Source: Octopus sinensis
Lineage: Eukaryota
Direction of reading: 5' to 3'
DNA: 64,000 nucleotides
NCBI RefSeq assembly: GCF_006345805.1
Contig: NC_043020.1
Location: forward strand, 23,560,001 to 23,624,000
Numbering within the stretch: position 1 is the stretch's first letter; each line of letters starts with the position of its first letter. Under the pieces are notes generated by a model. It had not been told where the DNA came from and ran no database searches. It saw nothing but the letters and a program-made list of their open reading frames with translations. The position numbers and the translations under genes are program-made. Positions 40,490 to 53,553 of this stretch are shown here, in pieces.

Positions 40490-42190
40490 AGCTTATATCC
40501 ATTTAAAGAAGAAAGTGGAGATAAGGAAGTTAACAGTTATTTATTATTAACAATTTGGTTATCTTCGCTTGTTACATCCGTTTCAATTAATACTCAATCA
40601 TTTAATTATAAATTTGTACATTAAATTTGCATTTATATGACATGAACACAATTTCATCAGAGAAAATGGAAAAGAAAATAACTATGTACATTAGGATGTT
40701 ATATGGTCGTTTAAATAAGTACCAGTTACGCACTGGGTTCGATATAATAGATTTAATCCGTTTGTCTGTCCTTGTTTGTCCTCTCTGCGTTTAGCCCCTT
40801 GTGGGTAGTAAAGAAATAAGGAAACGCTAGCACGGCGGGTGAAATGCTTAGTGGTATTTCGTCTGCTGCTACGTTCTGAGTTCAAATTCTGCCGAGGTCG
40901 ACTTTGCCTTTCATCCTTTCGTGGTCGATTAATTAGATTATGATTAGGTATAAAGTATCAATTCATTTCAGCAGAGCAAATATTACGGTTTATGGTTTGT
41001 ATTATTTTTATGCTCGGGTGAAAGGTTTACAGAATAATTAGATTATGATTAGGTATAAAGTAAAGTAAAGTAAATAAAACTGAGACAATAAATAAAGTGA
41101 AAATAGAGATTTATTGTTAATTAAAGAATATAAAATTCTTTTATAAAGGATGAATAAAATCATAAAATATTTATATATGTATATGTATAATATATATATA
41201 TATATAAATATGTGTATATATGGCGTAGAAGTGGTTGTGCGGTAGGTAACTTGCTTACCAACCACACGGTTCCGGGTTCATTCCCACTGCGTGGCAACTT
41301 GGGCAAGTGTCTTCTACTATAGCCTCGGGCCGACCAAAAACTTGTAAGTGGATTTGGTAGACGGAAACTGAGAGAAGCCCCTCGTATATATATATATATA
41401 AATCAAAATGAGGGTGAAAAAATTGTATATTATTTTAATAAAATCAATTTAAAACCAATGGTTTAGCGCATAAACAACTGAGATTCAGTAAATATTATTA
41501 ATACACAAATATGAGAGAGAATCTACTAAAGTGGACGCCCTTATGCTAAAGAGAGAACAATTTTTAGTGGTTGAGACACATGCGGATCTCACTTTAGCGT
41601 AAGGGCGTCCACTTTAGTGGATTCTCTCTCATATCTGTATATATATATATATATATTCTGTGTGCGTGTATAGCTATATGTATATGTGTAAATGTTTGTG
41701 TGAGTGCGTGTATATATATTTTTCATATACATATATAATTTTTTTATAATTTTATTCATCCCTTATAAATGAATATTTTATTCGTTTAATTAACAATAAA
41801 TTTACCTTATTCATATTTATCTTTCCTCGGTAATCTCTATTTTTACTTTATTGTTCCAGATTTATTTACTTTACTTTATTCATAATCATATTCTAATCAA
41901 TCTGTAAACTCTTCACCCGAGTATATGATAATACAAATCATAAACCGTAATATTTACTCTGCTGAAATGAATTGATAGGTCCACATACAACGTCCCAATT
42001 TACATCTTTTTTTCTTTTTTTTCTCTGATGAAATTATGCTCATGTCACATAAATGCAAATTTAATGTACAAATTTATAATGAAATTAATAAGTATTAATT
42101 GAAACGGATGTATGTAGAGAAGACGACCAATTTGTTAATAATAAGTAATTAACTTCCTTATCTCCATTTTCTTTTCTTCTTCTACATATA
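40490..42190. repeat. Old diverged inverted repeat (arms about 40490-41215 and 41720-42190) carrying degenerate long-stem-II HHR cores
   Basis: Arms are recognisably reverse-complementary; CTGATGA-AATT..AATT-GAAAC-GGAT-GTA at 40569-40664 (-) and 42021-42121 (+). Confidence 0.7.
41509..41634. repeat. 126-bp hairpin with 43-bp inverted arms
   Basis: 41509-41551 vs 41592-41634, 41/43 identical. Confidence 0.88.
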
Positions 42191-42507
42191 TACACATATA
42201 TATATATATATTTCTCTCTAGTTGCAGATCAGAGCTGCGACCATGCTGATGCACCGCCGTGTATATATATATATATTCAATAATAATAAAGAGTAAAATT
42301 AATTAATTAATTAATTAGTAACTAAGAATTCCACCAATGTTGTCTGGGAGTTCCTTCTTATAGTAGAAGCAATAGCTAAGTTCTTTGGCTGCTATTTCTA
42401 AAGTTCGGTATGTGGTGAAGCAAATTTTGCTGAACCCTAATTATAATTATACTCATAATTATAAATATATATATATGTATGTATGTATATATATATATAT
42501 ATATATA

Positions 42508-42545
<38 letters not shown>

Positions 42546-44150
42546 TGTGTGCGAATACATACACACACAATCTCACGTAATTTCGGGTTAAGCTCCACTG
42601 TGCCGCTCTCAGAGCAGCTGCCTCCTACCATAACGCCGATCGGACCGATACCTTGTGAATGAATTTTGTAGACAAGTCCGTTGTATACCTATGTGTGTGA
42701 GTGTGTGTTGTGTTGTGAGTGTGTTCGTGTGTGTGTGTGAATGTGTGCGAGTGTGTGCGTGTGTGTGCACGTGTGTGTACACGTGTGTGTGAGTGTTTGT
42801 GCGAGTTTGTGTGCGTTCGTGGGGTCGAGCATGGCTGGAGGTTACTAACAAAAATAAATAAAAGACAAGAGATATCCATACATATGTATGTGTGTTAACG
42901 TGGTGTGCGTGCGTGCGTGTGAGTGTGTGTATGTGTGTGTGTGAGTGTGTATTCAAAATGTAGTACGTTGCGTTACAAAATACCTTGCACTACTTCATAA
43001 GCCAAGTTATGCCCCTTTAAACTGAGAAAGAATTAGATGTTCGAATAAATAATCTTCCAAAATATGTAAGTATAAACGTAATGGATAGGTCGGCATTATC
43101 TGTTGAAATCTCTTGATGCCAATGCCCTGGCATGGCCTCTGTCCGACAATATTGGAACTAGGAAAACAAAGAAAGAGATTATATGTCAAAGATATATCAC
43201 TGAGTTATGTCTGTGTACGAAACTATAAAGTTACAAAGCTCTGCTGAATTAAGTACGTTGTCTAAAGCCATATATGTAAGTAAATACGAGGTAATTTTTT
43301 TTTATGTCGTTGCTTCTTGGGATTGTTTGTTTTGTTTTGTTTTTGCTACATGAATATGTGAATACGAAGAAAACTTTAAGACTGGTCGTTATCAAGTCTG
43401 ACAGTCATGTAAAATTCAGTCAACCGTGAATTCGCTGTTTTTTTCCCCTTTTCTTTCTTCGTTTTATGCAAACTCAGCTCCATATGAAAGAGAAAAAGTT
43501 CTGCTATCATGGGACTATATACTTGTGATATATTAATTTGAATAGTTTTTAAAAAAACATCGTATTTCAAATACAAACGGTATGTATAACTCTTTAGTCA
43601 TTCGTGTATTTTATCAGAGAAGGCTTTAAAAACTTTGTGTATCATGTTTTTACATCTACTTCACTGTCATGCCGTGAAGGTGCGTATTCTAACGATTAGG
43701 GTCATGGTTTCGATTCTCGGATGAACCTTCCCTTTTTTACATTGATTCATTTCACTCAGATGTTAGTAATTAACCTGGCCACGGAATGACGCCACGTTTA
43801 TGATGAAGGTTGTAGCAGAGGAATAGGGAAAAAAGATAACCGGGGAACCGGCACTATGAATCATGGTACTCCAGCCATCACGATCGGAAGATCGTGGTTT
43901 CAGGTCCCGGAGCGGTTAGTGGGAGTTTTTTTTTTGTTTTTGTTTTTAAGCAACACACTTGATTTTACGTTGCTCCAATCTGCTCAGCTGTAAAGAGTGA
44001 AATATACTTCATAAGGGCTGCATTTGTGCGGGCCTGAACGTAGGAAAAACACCAGCTAAAATTTTCTGTCCTCGCTCAAAACAGAGAGAGAATAGACATT
44101 TATCGGAGCCGTGAATACATGTGTGTATGTATGTGTGTGTGTGTGTGCGC

Positions 44151-44197
<47 letters not shown>

Positions 44198-44611
44198 TTC
44201 CATAAATCCCAAATTTTATTTTGGGTTTTGTGGAAGCAACTGCCTTCGAAGACTCATATTGTCGCTCAATGCTCGAAATGAGGAGCAGATAGGCAGCCGA
44301 CAACTGATGAAGGGTCGTTCTTTATGTTACTTCTCCAATTTTCCATTTGATTATCTCGTTTGCGTATTCAACTCATTTGTTGTATTTGATGCTGTTTACT
44401 CTTTGTGACGTCCAGTACCCATATATGCATTAATATATATATATATGATGAAACAATCGTATGGGGTTAATCTATATTTTCGTTATTTTTCATTTGTCCT
44501 GCTCGCTTACGTTTTTGGTGTTTGAATTATTTCTTGAGAACAATTCTTAGTGGTGAATTCCCTTTGCGGATCTATATCTAGCGTAAGATCGTCTACATAG
44601 TGGATCTCTCT

Positions 44612-45167
44612 TAGGGTCAGGCAAAATGATCTGACACATTTGTAGGTTAAATAAATGGCATTGTTTTTCGTTTCTTTTTCAGTTGCTGCCATGAATTGGA
44701 CTGGTGAGCATCGCGCTTTCATTGTGGAAACGTTTATCAAAACAAACGATTCTGTAACTGCAACACAAAGAGCGTTCCGTTTGCACTTCAATCTTGGTAG
44801 ACATGATCCCGTACCAGCTCGAAACATGATCTTGTTATGGGTTACCAACTTCAGAGCTACTGGATCTGCATTGAAACGAAAATCAACCGGCCGACCTCGC
44901 ACCGCCAGAACTTAAAGATGCAATTCGTCAAGAAATTACTGCCATTTCACATGAAATGATCCGCCGAGTTATTGACAACTTTCGTGAACGCCTTCGACAG
45001 TGTGTGGACAATAATGGATCCCATTTGACTGATTTCATTTTTAAAACATAATGAAACAAAATGGCATTATATTTACTTTTCAAAAATAAAAACACTTTTT
45101 TGTTTCTTTACTTCATTTGCCTTTTATTAACCTACAAATGTGTCAGATCATTTTGCCTGACCCTGTA
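44612..45167 (+). mobile_element. Internally deleted Tc1/mariner-superfamily element with about 45-bp TIRs
   Basis: TIR AGGGTCAGGCAAAATGATCTGACACATTTGTAGGTTAA at both ends; ATG 44691 MNWTGEHRAFIVETF...GRPRTART (HTH) fused out of frame to the C-terminal ELKDAIRQEI...CVDNNGSHL. Confidence 0.9.
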
Positions 45168-45184
45168 GTTGTGTGTATATATAT

Positions 45185-45268
<84 letters not shown>

Positions 45269-45304
45269 TATATTATTATATATATACCGGAGTCGGAGTC
45301 GGAG

Positions 45305-45640
45305 ACAACCTTCGGTCACGAATGACCATGGGATTGCACCTGGAAAGTTACCCTCGGAGGCACAAGTCCGGGCAAGGTTGTTTATGGATGACCAGTAGTC
45401 GTCCATGCATACCAGCCTCCCCTCTCCATGCCACCAATGTTATCCAAGGGAAAGGCAAAGGCTGATACAGCTTGGCATCAGTGACGTCGCAATTCATTTC
45501 TACAGCTGAGTGAACAAGAGAAAACGTGAAATAAACTGTCTTGCTCAAGATCACAACACGCAGCCCGGTGCGTGAATCGAACTCACAACCTCACGGTCGT
45601 AAGATCGACGCTCTAACCACTGAACCATGCATCTTCACAC
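45305..45640 (-). mobile_element. tRNA-derived SINE family F
   Basis: Head TGGTTCAGTGGTTAGAGCG..GAGTTCGATTC, CORE-like CTTGAGCAAGAC. Confidence 0.8.
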
Positions 45641-45653
45641 ACACACACACATT

Positions 45654-45736
<83 letters not shown>

Positions 45737-46211
45737 TAGATATATATACGTACATATATATATAGAGAGAGAGAGAAAGGAGAGTGATAGCTATATATAT
45801 ATACATATATATATATATGGTGTTGTTGTATATATGTATATCTACTATGAACACCCATTGTTAACCCAGATTGTGGTCAGTAATAAATAAAATGGACGTG
45901 GACAAATGAGAACTTTATGATACCGCTGTGCGATGGGATTCTCTTTATTTGTTGCTATTAAAATGCTTTCAGAAAGCGATCAGACATAGCGGTCTTGATT
46001 AATGGAGGCGTCCTATTATTTAAATACGCGTGGTATGTAGGTTTCTAGAGAATAATATTGGAATTGGTTTCATGAATCTCTCGTGCGTTGATGCTATATG
46101 GGCGTAGTAACTGTAATGGTGAACGGTTGTGTTGATTATTATTGTTATTATTGTGAATGCGGTGCCGTAGAAGGAATTGCTGTTATAGGGACTTAATTGT
46201 TAACTGTGATA

Positions 46212-46720
46212 TTATTGGTAATTTTAGATCTTGTTAACTGATATGTCGTAAATAGTTAATGGTCGCTGTGTTGCTTTATTAGCACGCTGGACGAAATGCT
46301 TCGCGGTATTTCGTCTGCCGTTATGTTCTGAGTTCAAATTCCGCCTAGGTCGACTTTGTCTTTCATCCTTTCGGGATCGATTAAATAAGTACCAGTTACG
46401 CACTGGAGTCGATATAATCGACTTAATCCGTTTGTCTGTCCTTGTTTGTCCTCTCTGTCTTTAGCCCCTTGTGGGTAGTAAAGAAATAATTATTGGTAAT
46501 TTTAGATCTTGTTAACTGATATATCATAAATAGTTAATGGTCGCTGTGTTGATTTATTAGCACGCTGGACGAAATTCTTAGCGGTATTTCGTCGGCCGTT
46601 ACGTTCTGAGTTCAAATTCCGCCTAGGTCGACTTTGTCTTTCATCCTTTCGGGATCGATAAATTAAATACTAGTTGCGTAATGAAATCGATCTAATTGAC
46701 TGGCTCCTTCCCCCATACAT
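46212..46720 (+). mobile_element. SINE family B in a local 279-bp tandem duplication
   Basis: Flank ATTATTGGTAATTTTAGATC... occurs at 46212 and 46491, each followed by SINE B. Confidence 0.8.
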
Positions 46721-47344
46721 ATATATGAGGGGCTTTTTTTTTTAGTTTCCGTCCACCAAATCCACTCAAAAGGCTTTGGTCGGCCTGATGCTATAGTAGA
46801 AGGCACGTGGTCAAGGAGTCACGAAGTGGGACTGAACCTGGAACCATGTGGTCGGAAAGTAAGCTTCTTACCACACAACCATACCTGGTCCTGTATAAGT
46901 AGAAATGTGATTAATGAGAGCAAGTATAAAACAATTTAAAACATCAAACCAAAAAATGATTTGGGATAAAAGACAAGAAAGGTGAATTAGTATAAATATA
47001 ATTTGTTGTATTTAGTTCCTTAAGATGTACAAATATGTTAACACATATTTTGTTGTAGTTTGGGCGTGTTTTACGTCAATAATATAAACACACTCTCGTT
47101 CTATTTCACGTGTTTTGTTATTATTTGTGAATTTAGCACAATATTTAATCAATTAACAAACCGATTCTCTGATTAATCGCTGAGGTCATACCTGGAAGCA
47201 TTCCTGGAGTGGAGAGCGCATATTATTGATGGGATCGGAAATGACAATGACAGGACTTTGACAAACCTAGCTGGATGATTGATTGCGCGAACGATTAATG
47301 AAGCCAGTGATCACTTAATTGGTTAAATGTTTATCTTATTCACA

Positions 47345-47415
<71 letters not shown>

Positions 47416-47431
47416 TAACAACAACAACAAC

Positions 47432-47640
47432 TATGAAATAGAGAATAGGAAGCCAGACAGAGTGTTAATTGAGAAAGAAAACAAACGATGCTAGATCACA
47501 GATATAGCATACCCAGCTGACAAAAAGGAATGCGATAAGAAAGAAAGAAAAGTCGATAGATATGACAGGTTAGCTTGGGAGGTTAAGCAGTTGTTGTTGA
47601 CGAAAAATGTGGAAAGACCTATTATAAATGTTCTAATATC
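47432..47640 (+). mobile_element. RLE-endonuclease non-LTR remnant (R4/Dong-like) next to (AAT)n
   Basis: EIENRKPDRVLIEKENKRC*ITDIAYPADKKECDKKERKVDRYDRLAWEVKQLL...PII matches the PD..D.A.P.D...KE.EK..KY..L RLE pattern. Confidence 0.7.
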
Positions 47641-47677
47641 TTCACAGCTTTGGGTTTTTATCTCATTCTGAAAAATT

Positions 47678-47790
<113 letters not shown>

Positions 47791-47872
47791 GTATATATAT
47801 ATATATATTGGTAAAACGGTAAGAAACAAAAGAAAGAAAGAGACCTCAATATTATGTAAATAGAGGTAAAAT

Positions 47873-48083
47873 TATATGTAAAATAATATGTGACAATTAT
47901 TCGGTAGCCAATATAAAACTCTGAGTTTCGGATGCCGAGGTGGAAATCCACAAAACCATCTCTTCGGTTATCTGGCCATCTGGTCAGACAACCGAAGAGA
48001 TGGTGTTGTGGATTTCCACCTCGGCTTCCGAAACTCAGAGCTTTATTGGCTATTGAATAATTGTCATATATTATTTTACATAT
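47873..48083. repeat. Fold-back palindrome (about 100-bp arms) containing an HHR motif (47913-47971, minus strand)
   Basis: Minus strand ATAA-CCGAAGA-GATG..CATC-C-GAAAC-TCAGA-GTT-TTAT; mirrored copy on the right arm. Confidence 0.85.
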
Positions 48084-48113
48084 ATATATATATATATATA
48101 TAATATATATATA

Positions 48114-48144
<31 letters not shown>

Positions 48145-48147
<3 letters not shown>

Positions 48148-48310
48148 CGTTGGCGTTCTTTTTCTCCGTCTCCCTTCCTTGGACCTTTCCTTTCCCTATG
48201 TTTCTGCTGACGAAGAGCTTCGCTCGAAACGTAGAATCCTTCCTTTTCTTTCCTTGCCTGAGCGTCCAATAAGACTGTACTTCTTCCACGTCCTCGCGTA
48301 TAGTATTATT
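48145..48310 (+). mobile_element. PLE-like family E fragment with HHR core (48202-48236)
   Basis: CTGACGA-A-GAGC-TTC-GCTC-GAAAC-GTA; stem I out of register. Confidence 0.65.
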
Positions 48311-48454
48311 GGACGCTCAGAAAAGAAGAAAAGAAGAATCCAAACAAATGAACCGTACATTTAGTGCAATGTGCGTTTCCTGATTAGCCGCAGGGCTCAT
48401 GTTATACCGAGTCGGGTATAGTTTGTCGTATACGTAACCTGAATATCCTTCTTA

Positions 48455-49030
48455 TTTCTATATTGCCCACAAGGGGCTAAACATAGAAGGGACAAACAAG
48501 GACAGACCCCAGTACATAACTGGTACTTAATTTTATCGAACCCGAAAAGGATGAAAGGCTAAGTCGACCGCAGCGGAATTTGAACTCAAAACACGAAGAC
48601 AGACGAAATACCTATTTATTTACTACCCACAAGGGGCTAAACGCAGAGAGGACAAACAAGGACAGACAAACGGATTAAGTCGATTACATCAACCCCAGTG
48701 CGTAACTGGTACTTATGTAATCGGTCCCGAAAGGATGAAAGACAAAGTCGACCTCGGCGGAATTTGAACTCAAAACACGAAGACAGACGAAATACCTATT
48801 TATTTACTACCCACAAGGGGCTAAACACAGAGAGGACAAACAAGGACAGACAAACGGATTAAGTCGATTACATCGATCCCAGTGCGTAACTGGTACTTAT
48901 GTAATCGGTCCCGAAAGGATGAAAGACAAAGTCGACCTTGGCGGAATTTGAACTCAGAACGTAGCGGCGGACGAAATACGGCTAAACATTTCGCCCGGCG
49001 TGCTAACGTTTCTGCCAGCTCACCGCCTTG
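48455..49030 (-). mobile_element. SINE family B multimer
   Basis: Head-to-tail units joined at GAAATAGGTATTTC-type junctions. Confidence 0.85.
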
Positions 49031-49771
49031 ATGAATATCGTTCTGCCTGTATTTTGGTACCCGCGTATACATTCTCCTATTTTTGCTCTGTACACACTCT
49101 TTTAAACACGACCTGGTGCCTTACCGTTTAAGTGCATGATTATTACATGTGTGTACGTATATATATATATTGCTTTTCGGTTTGTGTAATTGGGTACGAT
49201 AGTAAATTATTACAACACATTAGCTGGTTGAAGTATTAAGTATTAATGCAGTTTAGGTTAAAGGTAAAGCTAGGAAACAACAAACTGAAGTGTGAAAGGA
49301 AACGAGAAGTCATTCTGCCTATTAGTACAAATTCTATTGAACTCGCTGGTAAGTTGGTGTTCACTGATGCAAAGAATTATTAACATAACGTCCAGCACTA
49401 ATTGAATCTCGCTTTTGTTGTTCGGGAAATAAGTACGCACACACACGCGCACGCACATACACTCATACACTCAGACATTGACAGACACACACACACGTAT
49501 ATAGAAAAAACCGGTAGAGAGATTAAAAGAGTATAGAGGTACCCATAGATCAAGATGTGTAAATACACGTATTTTCACTTGCACATGTACGTAAGTATGC
49601 ATATATGTATACACATATGTGTATATGTGTGTAGGTATGAATATATATACGTATGTGTGTGTATATACGTTTATGTATACACACATATATGTATACGTAT
49701 AAATATGTGTGTATATATATGTATGCGCATATATATATATATATTATATATATATATAAGTATATATTTTC

Positions 49772-50069
49772 AGGCGCAGGAGTGGCTGTGTGGTAAGTAG
49801 CTTGTTTACCAACCACATGGTTCCGGGTTCAGTCCCACTGCGTGGCACCTTGGGCAAGTGTCTTCTACTATAGCCACGGGCCGTCCAAAGCCTTGTGAGT
49901 GGATTTGGTAGACGGAAACTGAAAGAAGCCCGTTACTTAACGGTTCGACAAAAGAGACCGATAGAATAAGTACTGGGCTTACAAAAGAATAAGTCCTGGG
50001 GTCGAGTTGCTTGATTAAAGTCGGTGCTCCAGCATGGACGCAGTCAAATGACTGTAACAAGTAAAAGAG
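49772..50069 (+). mobile_element. SINE family A, internally deleted
   Basis: Head and tail joined without the central TA tract. Confidence 0.85.
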
Positions 50070-50129
50070 TATATATATGTAAATATATATATATCTATAT
50101 AACTATATATCTATATCTACCTCTTTCTA

Positions 50130-50168
<39 letters not shown>

Positions 50169-50253
50169 CTATCTATATATATATATATAGATAGATAGAT
50201 AGATAGATAGATAGTTAGATAGATAGATAGATAGATAGATAGATGGATAGATG

Positions 50254-50333
<80 letters not shown>

Positions 50334-51547
50334 TTTACTGGAAAACATCATAGCAGGCCAGCCAGCTTTCAGCAATAATAATATATAGCCATCTGGTTTA
50401 GAAATTGCTCTATTTCGCCTAAGTCAGCTTATTTTACAGTAGTAAAGGGTCATAAGATTAACGTTTGTTATCACTCTGTAAATTAGATTCTCCAGTCCAT
50501 CATATTCAGCAATCAGCAAATAATGAATTCAATTAATAATACCTAATATCCAGTACAAGCACTCAAATAATCATAAAACTGTTTGACTCGGAAATACAGT
50601 TTCCTTTCAGTTTCATAACTAGGCTATTTGGGTTTCTATTAACCATCAGATACATTCATATGCTATCAACCATAATAGTTCTATTGCGAGCATCGCCAAA
50701 GGAACAACCATGAAATTATCGCACCATATCCATCTGTTCTACATATATAATTAATGAAATGGTAGATTAAATTAGAACGACGTGCACTTTAATGCTAATA
50801 GCCTTGTTGGAGTATATATTTGAAACAAAATAAAGAAAGATTTTTCCGTTTGTAAAACGAAGTTTTTTTTTATCGAGATATCAGAATGTCTTCAGACATG
50901 AACATCCAATCTACAGACAAATTCTAGACACACATCCACACTATTCGCAAGCAAGTAATATTTGATACGGAGGCGCAATGGCCCAGTGGTTAGGGCAGCG
51001 GACTCTACATTTAGTAGCGAAACATTATAACAATACCGAATATATAACATTCAAAGTCGACATATATTTTTAACTGTAGAAATAATTTCATTTTTGGAAT
51101 CAGCAGAAGAGATGGATTGATAAACAATAAAAAATTACAACAAACAAATTTTGATTTGAAAATTGTTACGTTTATTAATTGTAGTTTGTCACGGTTTATG
51201 GGAAGGGAAGATGAACGGGAAGGAAATTTGATTAAACTCTCATTATATCCGTTCTGGAATTTCACGTCTTTTCTGCAAAATTCACATATGAATAGTCACC
51301 CCACACACATACATTTATACACACATACACACTTTACACATACATACATACTGACGCATATATAAAAATTCAATAATCAAACACAGCATTAAGTTCCGTG
51401 CCTGATTCATTGCTATCGAGAAAAGCAATGGTTAAGACTTCTATACGCACTCGACCTCGTTCTGAAAATACAGTAATCACAGGGGTGGAGAGTATGTATA
51501 AAAATTTACCAGATAAGAGAAGTGAAAGGTGCTTATACTTCAATACT

Positions 51548-51989
51548 GGAGTGGCTGTGTGGTAAGTAGCTTGCTTACCAATCAAATGGTTCCGGGTTCA
51601 GTCCCACTGCGTGGCACTTTGGGCAAGTGCCTTCTACTATAGCCTTGGGTCGACCAAAGCCTTGTGAGTGGATTTGGTAGACCGAAACTGAAAGAAGACC
51701 GTCATATATATGTATATATATATATATATATATATAGATATATATATATCTATATATATATATATCTATATATATATATATATATATATATGAATGTGTA
51801 TGTGTGTTTGTGTGTCTGTGTTTGTTCCTCCAACATCGCATGACAACCGATGCTGGTGTGTTTACGTCCCCGTAACTTAGCGATTAGGCAAAAGAGACCG
51901 ATAGAATAAGTCCTGAGGTCAATTTGCTCGACTAAACAAAGTTGGTGCTCCAGCATAGCCGCAGTCAAAATGACTGCAACGAGAAAAAG
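51548..51989 (+). mobile_element. SINE family A
   Basis: Near full-length consensus match. Confidence 0.85.
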
Positions 51990-53105
51990 AATAAAAAGAA
52001 AAAAGAATATATTCTGCTTGTTGACACCTGTTTCGTAGTCTGTTTTAGTTACCTAGACGGTGCTGCATCATCCATGAAACACATATGACACACTTATAAT
52101 ATATAAACAGCTATAAATATAATTGTGCTGTCACAACAGGGTAGAGATCAAATGTATCGTGGTTAGTCAAACAACAAACACACAAACACACACACGCCAT
52201 CACGAGCGCGTACACTCACATATACGCTTATATACATTTACGGAACGAGAGACAGAGATACATATACACTGTATGTACGTGTCTATGCATTTATGTATGT
52301 ATGTTTGTATATGTAGAAATGTAATTAAATTCTAAAAGAACAAAGGATTGCTTCCTGTTTGCAGTGTCTGGTAATGTTTGCTGTTTGGTACAACCATAAC
52401 ATTACAAATAATTTGTCTTCACTTGAATTATCAAATGGTAAGAAAACTGTCTCGGTGCTTCCACGATGATATATCAAAGTAATTTATTGAAAAACCATTG
52501 TTAGAAATACAACATAGTGTGTTTGTGTGTCTGCGTGTACAAGTATTTTATCTGTGTATAGTTTAGAGAAACGTATCAAAGTCTTAAATTTTTCTTGGTT
52601 GACGTGAAAGACGGTGGCCTGGTCAGAAGAAATCTATTATTTACGTTGCAATATAACATAATAAAACAATTTTAATGCATCAAAAGAGATTTAGGATAAA
52701 TAATGTTTCGCTGCGAATTCCTTCGCCAACATTTAACATGATAAACAATTTCCATACATATGTTAAAATCACAGAATTCTATTAGACATAAACATACACA
52801 CATACATACACACATACATACATTCATACATACATACATACATACATACATACATACATACATACATACATACATACATACATACATACATACTTCTCAA
52901 CACCAGAAAAGAGAAAGCTAATTCGAAGACTACAGATCCAATTTATCACTGGAACAGTAAAGATCTGTAAAACTTTCCAGAAGATTATCATTTAAATATA
53001 TATGAGCATGTCTAGATATGTAACTATATGCATGAGGATACATGCATAAAACAAAATATACTAGTCTACACCTATACATACATAATACATACATACATAC
53101 ATACA

Positions 53106-53154
<49 letters not shown>

Positions 53155-53553
53155 ATATATATATATATATATACATAGAAGAAAGCAAAACAACCCTATT
53201 GTTGATGTTGAAATTCCAATGAAGGAACCTTGAATCTAGGTTAGAAACTGTTTATTTCACTATTGGCATGATATCTATATACATAAATGTGTAATGGTGT
53301 TTGTCTGTCTGTTTGGGGTTACTGTAACTTCTCCCACACCATCCAACTGATTTTAATGATTTTTAGCACATACGTAAATCACATGCCTTGAAGTTCAAAT
53401 AAGGCCAGAATCTTTCGAAAACTCGATGCTGAAATAAATGATACCACTCCATTGCTGGTGGCGAAGATCCACTTGTCAATATTTATAGAATTTACCACTG
53501 GAAACGATGGCTGATTCAGCAAAATTGTAATATTAAAATTATATATATATATA

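Noticed and set aside
43002-43065. AG...GTAAGT-bounded 64-nt exon candidate (TEKELDVRINNLPKY)
   Set aside because: Stops in all three frames unless an indel error is assumed
53215-53260. CCAATGA..AACCT/AGGTT..GAAAC hammerhead look-alike
   Set aside because: Essential G5 missing and no stem I
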